Source of the DNA: a virus
Lineage: Duplodnaviria > Caudoviricetes
Direction: 5' to 3' (one strand)
IMG/VR virus record: IMGVR_UViG_3300038334_000146
Location: 1-47,021 of that record
Length of the DNA: 47,021 nucleotides
Shown: positions 46,839 to 47,021 of the stretch, piece by piece
Position numbering within the stretch: the first letter of the stretch is position 1
Layout: every line of letters begins with the position of its first letter
The notes under the pieces: generated by a model
What the model was told of the DNA's origin: nothing
Database searches by the model: none
Seen by the model: only the letters and a program-made list of their open reading frames with translations
Made by a program: the position numbers and the translations under genes

Positions 46839-47021
46839 ATGAAATTACCAGGACATCTACCTAAAAAAATTAGTATTTCATTATTTATTTTAGTTGTAAT
46901 CCTACTCTTTTTACTCATCTCACATAGAATAGACTTACCCTACAGTTTAAACCTGATAGCACTACCCATAATAATAATTATACTACTAATTTTAATGGTT
47001 TTAATCGCAAAAGAAGAATAA
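46839..47021 (+). CDS. Small two-TM membrane protein at the window edge
   Basis: 60-aa hydrophobic ORF ending at the last base. Confidence 0.4.
   Translation: MKLPGHLPKKISISLFILVVILLFLLISHRIDLPYSLNLIALPIIIIILLILMVLIAKEE

Noticed and set aside
1-47021. Integrase, att sites, terminal repeats, tRNA genes
   Set aside because: No recombinase motifs or cloverleaf seen and the window ends do not match each other. These may lie outside the window.

Overview
About 43 kb of this window is a near-complete tailed archaeal virus or provirus with siphovirus-like organisation (HK97-fold capsid, long tape measure). The host is most plausibly a pseudomurein-walled methanogen (Methanobacteriales). This is inferred from GGTGA/GGAGG ribosome-binding sites, TATA-like promoters, archaeal histone and TFB-like genes, and a cysteine-peptidase endolysin. 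Most genes are on the minus strand and read right to left: (1) a divergent RHH regulator switch (~42.7-43.4 kb); (2) an early operon with a histone-fold fusion, YhaM-like HD nuclease, OB-fold protein, SWIM finger, an N6-MTase-like protein lacking NPPY, ASCH, a Cap3-like JAB isopeptidase and a wHTH; (3) a candidate iteron origin (~34.0-34.3 kb) and two genes resembling the two halves of TFB; (4) ParB-like and C5-MTase genes; (5) terminase, portal, MuF, protease/scaffold and an encapsulin-like capsid; (6) neck and tail genes, a tape measure ending in a transglutaminase-like peptidase, adhesin-like tail tip, fibre and lysis genes. Several AT-rich plus-strand 'moron' genes interrupt the late region. 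A BcgI-like type IIB restriction-modification operon lies at the right end. No integrase, att site, tRNA or CRISPR array was recognised. The most unusual signals are a cluster of 25-bp RhuM-type quasi-palindromes with no rhuM gene, a 15-bp strand-specific motif repeated 6-7 times only in the early region, the viral histone fusion, the split TFB-like pair and the stand-alone JAB protease. All family calls are by-eye motif recognition, not database searches.
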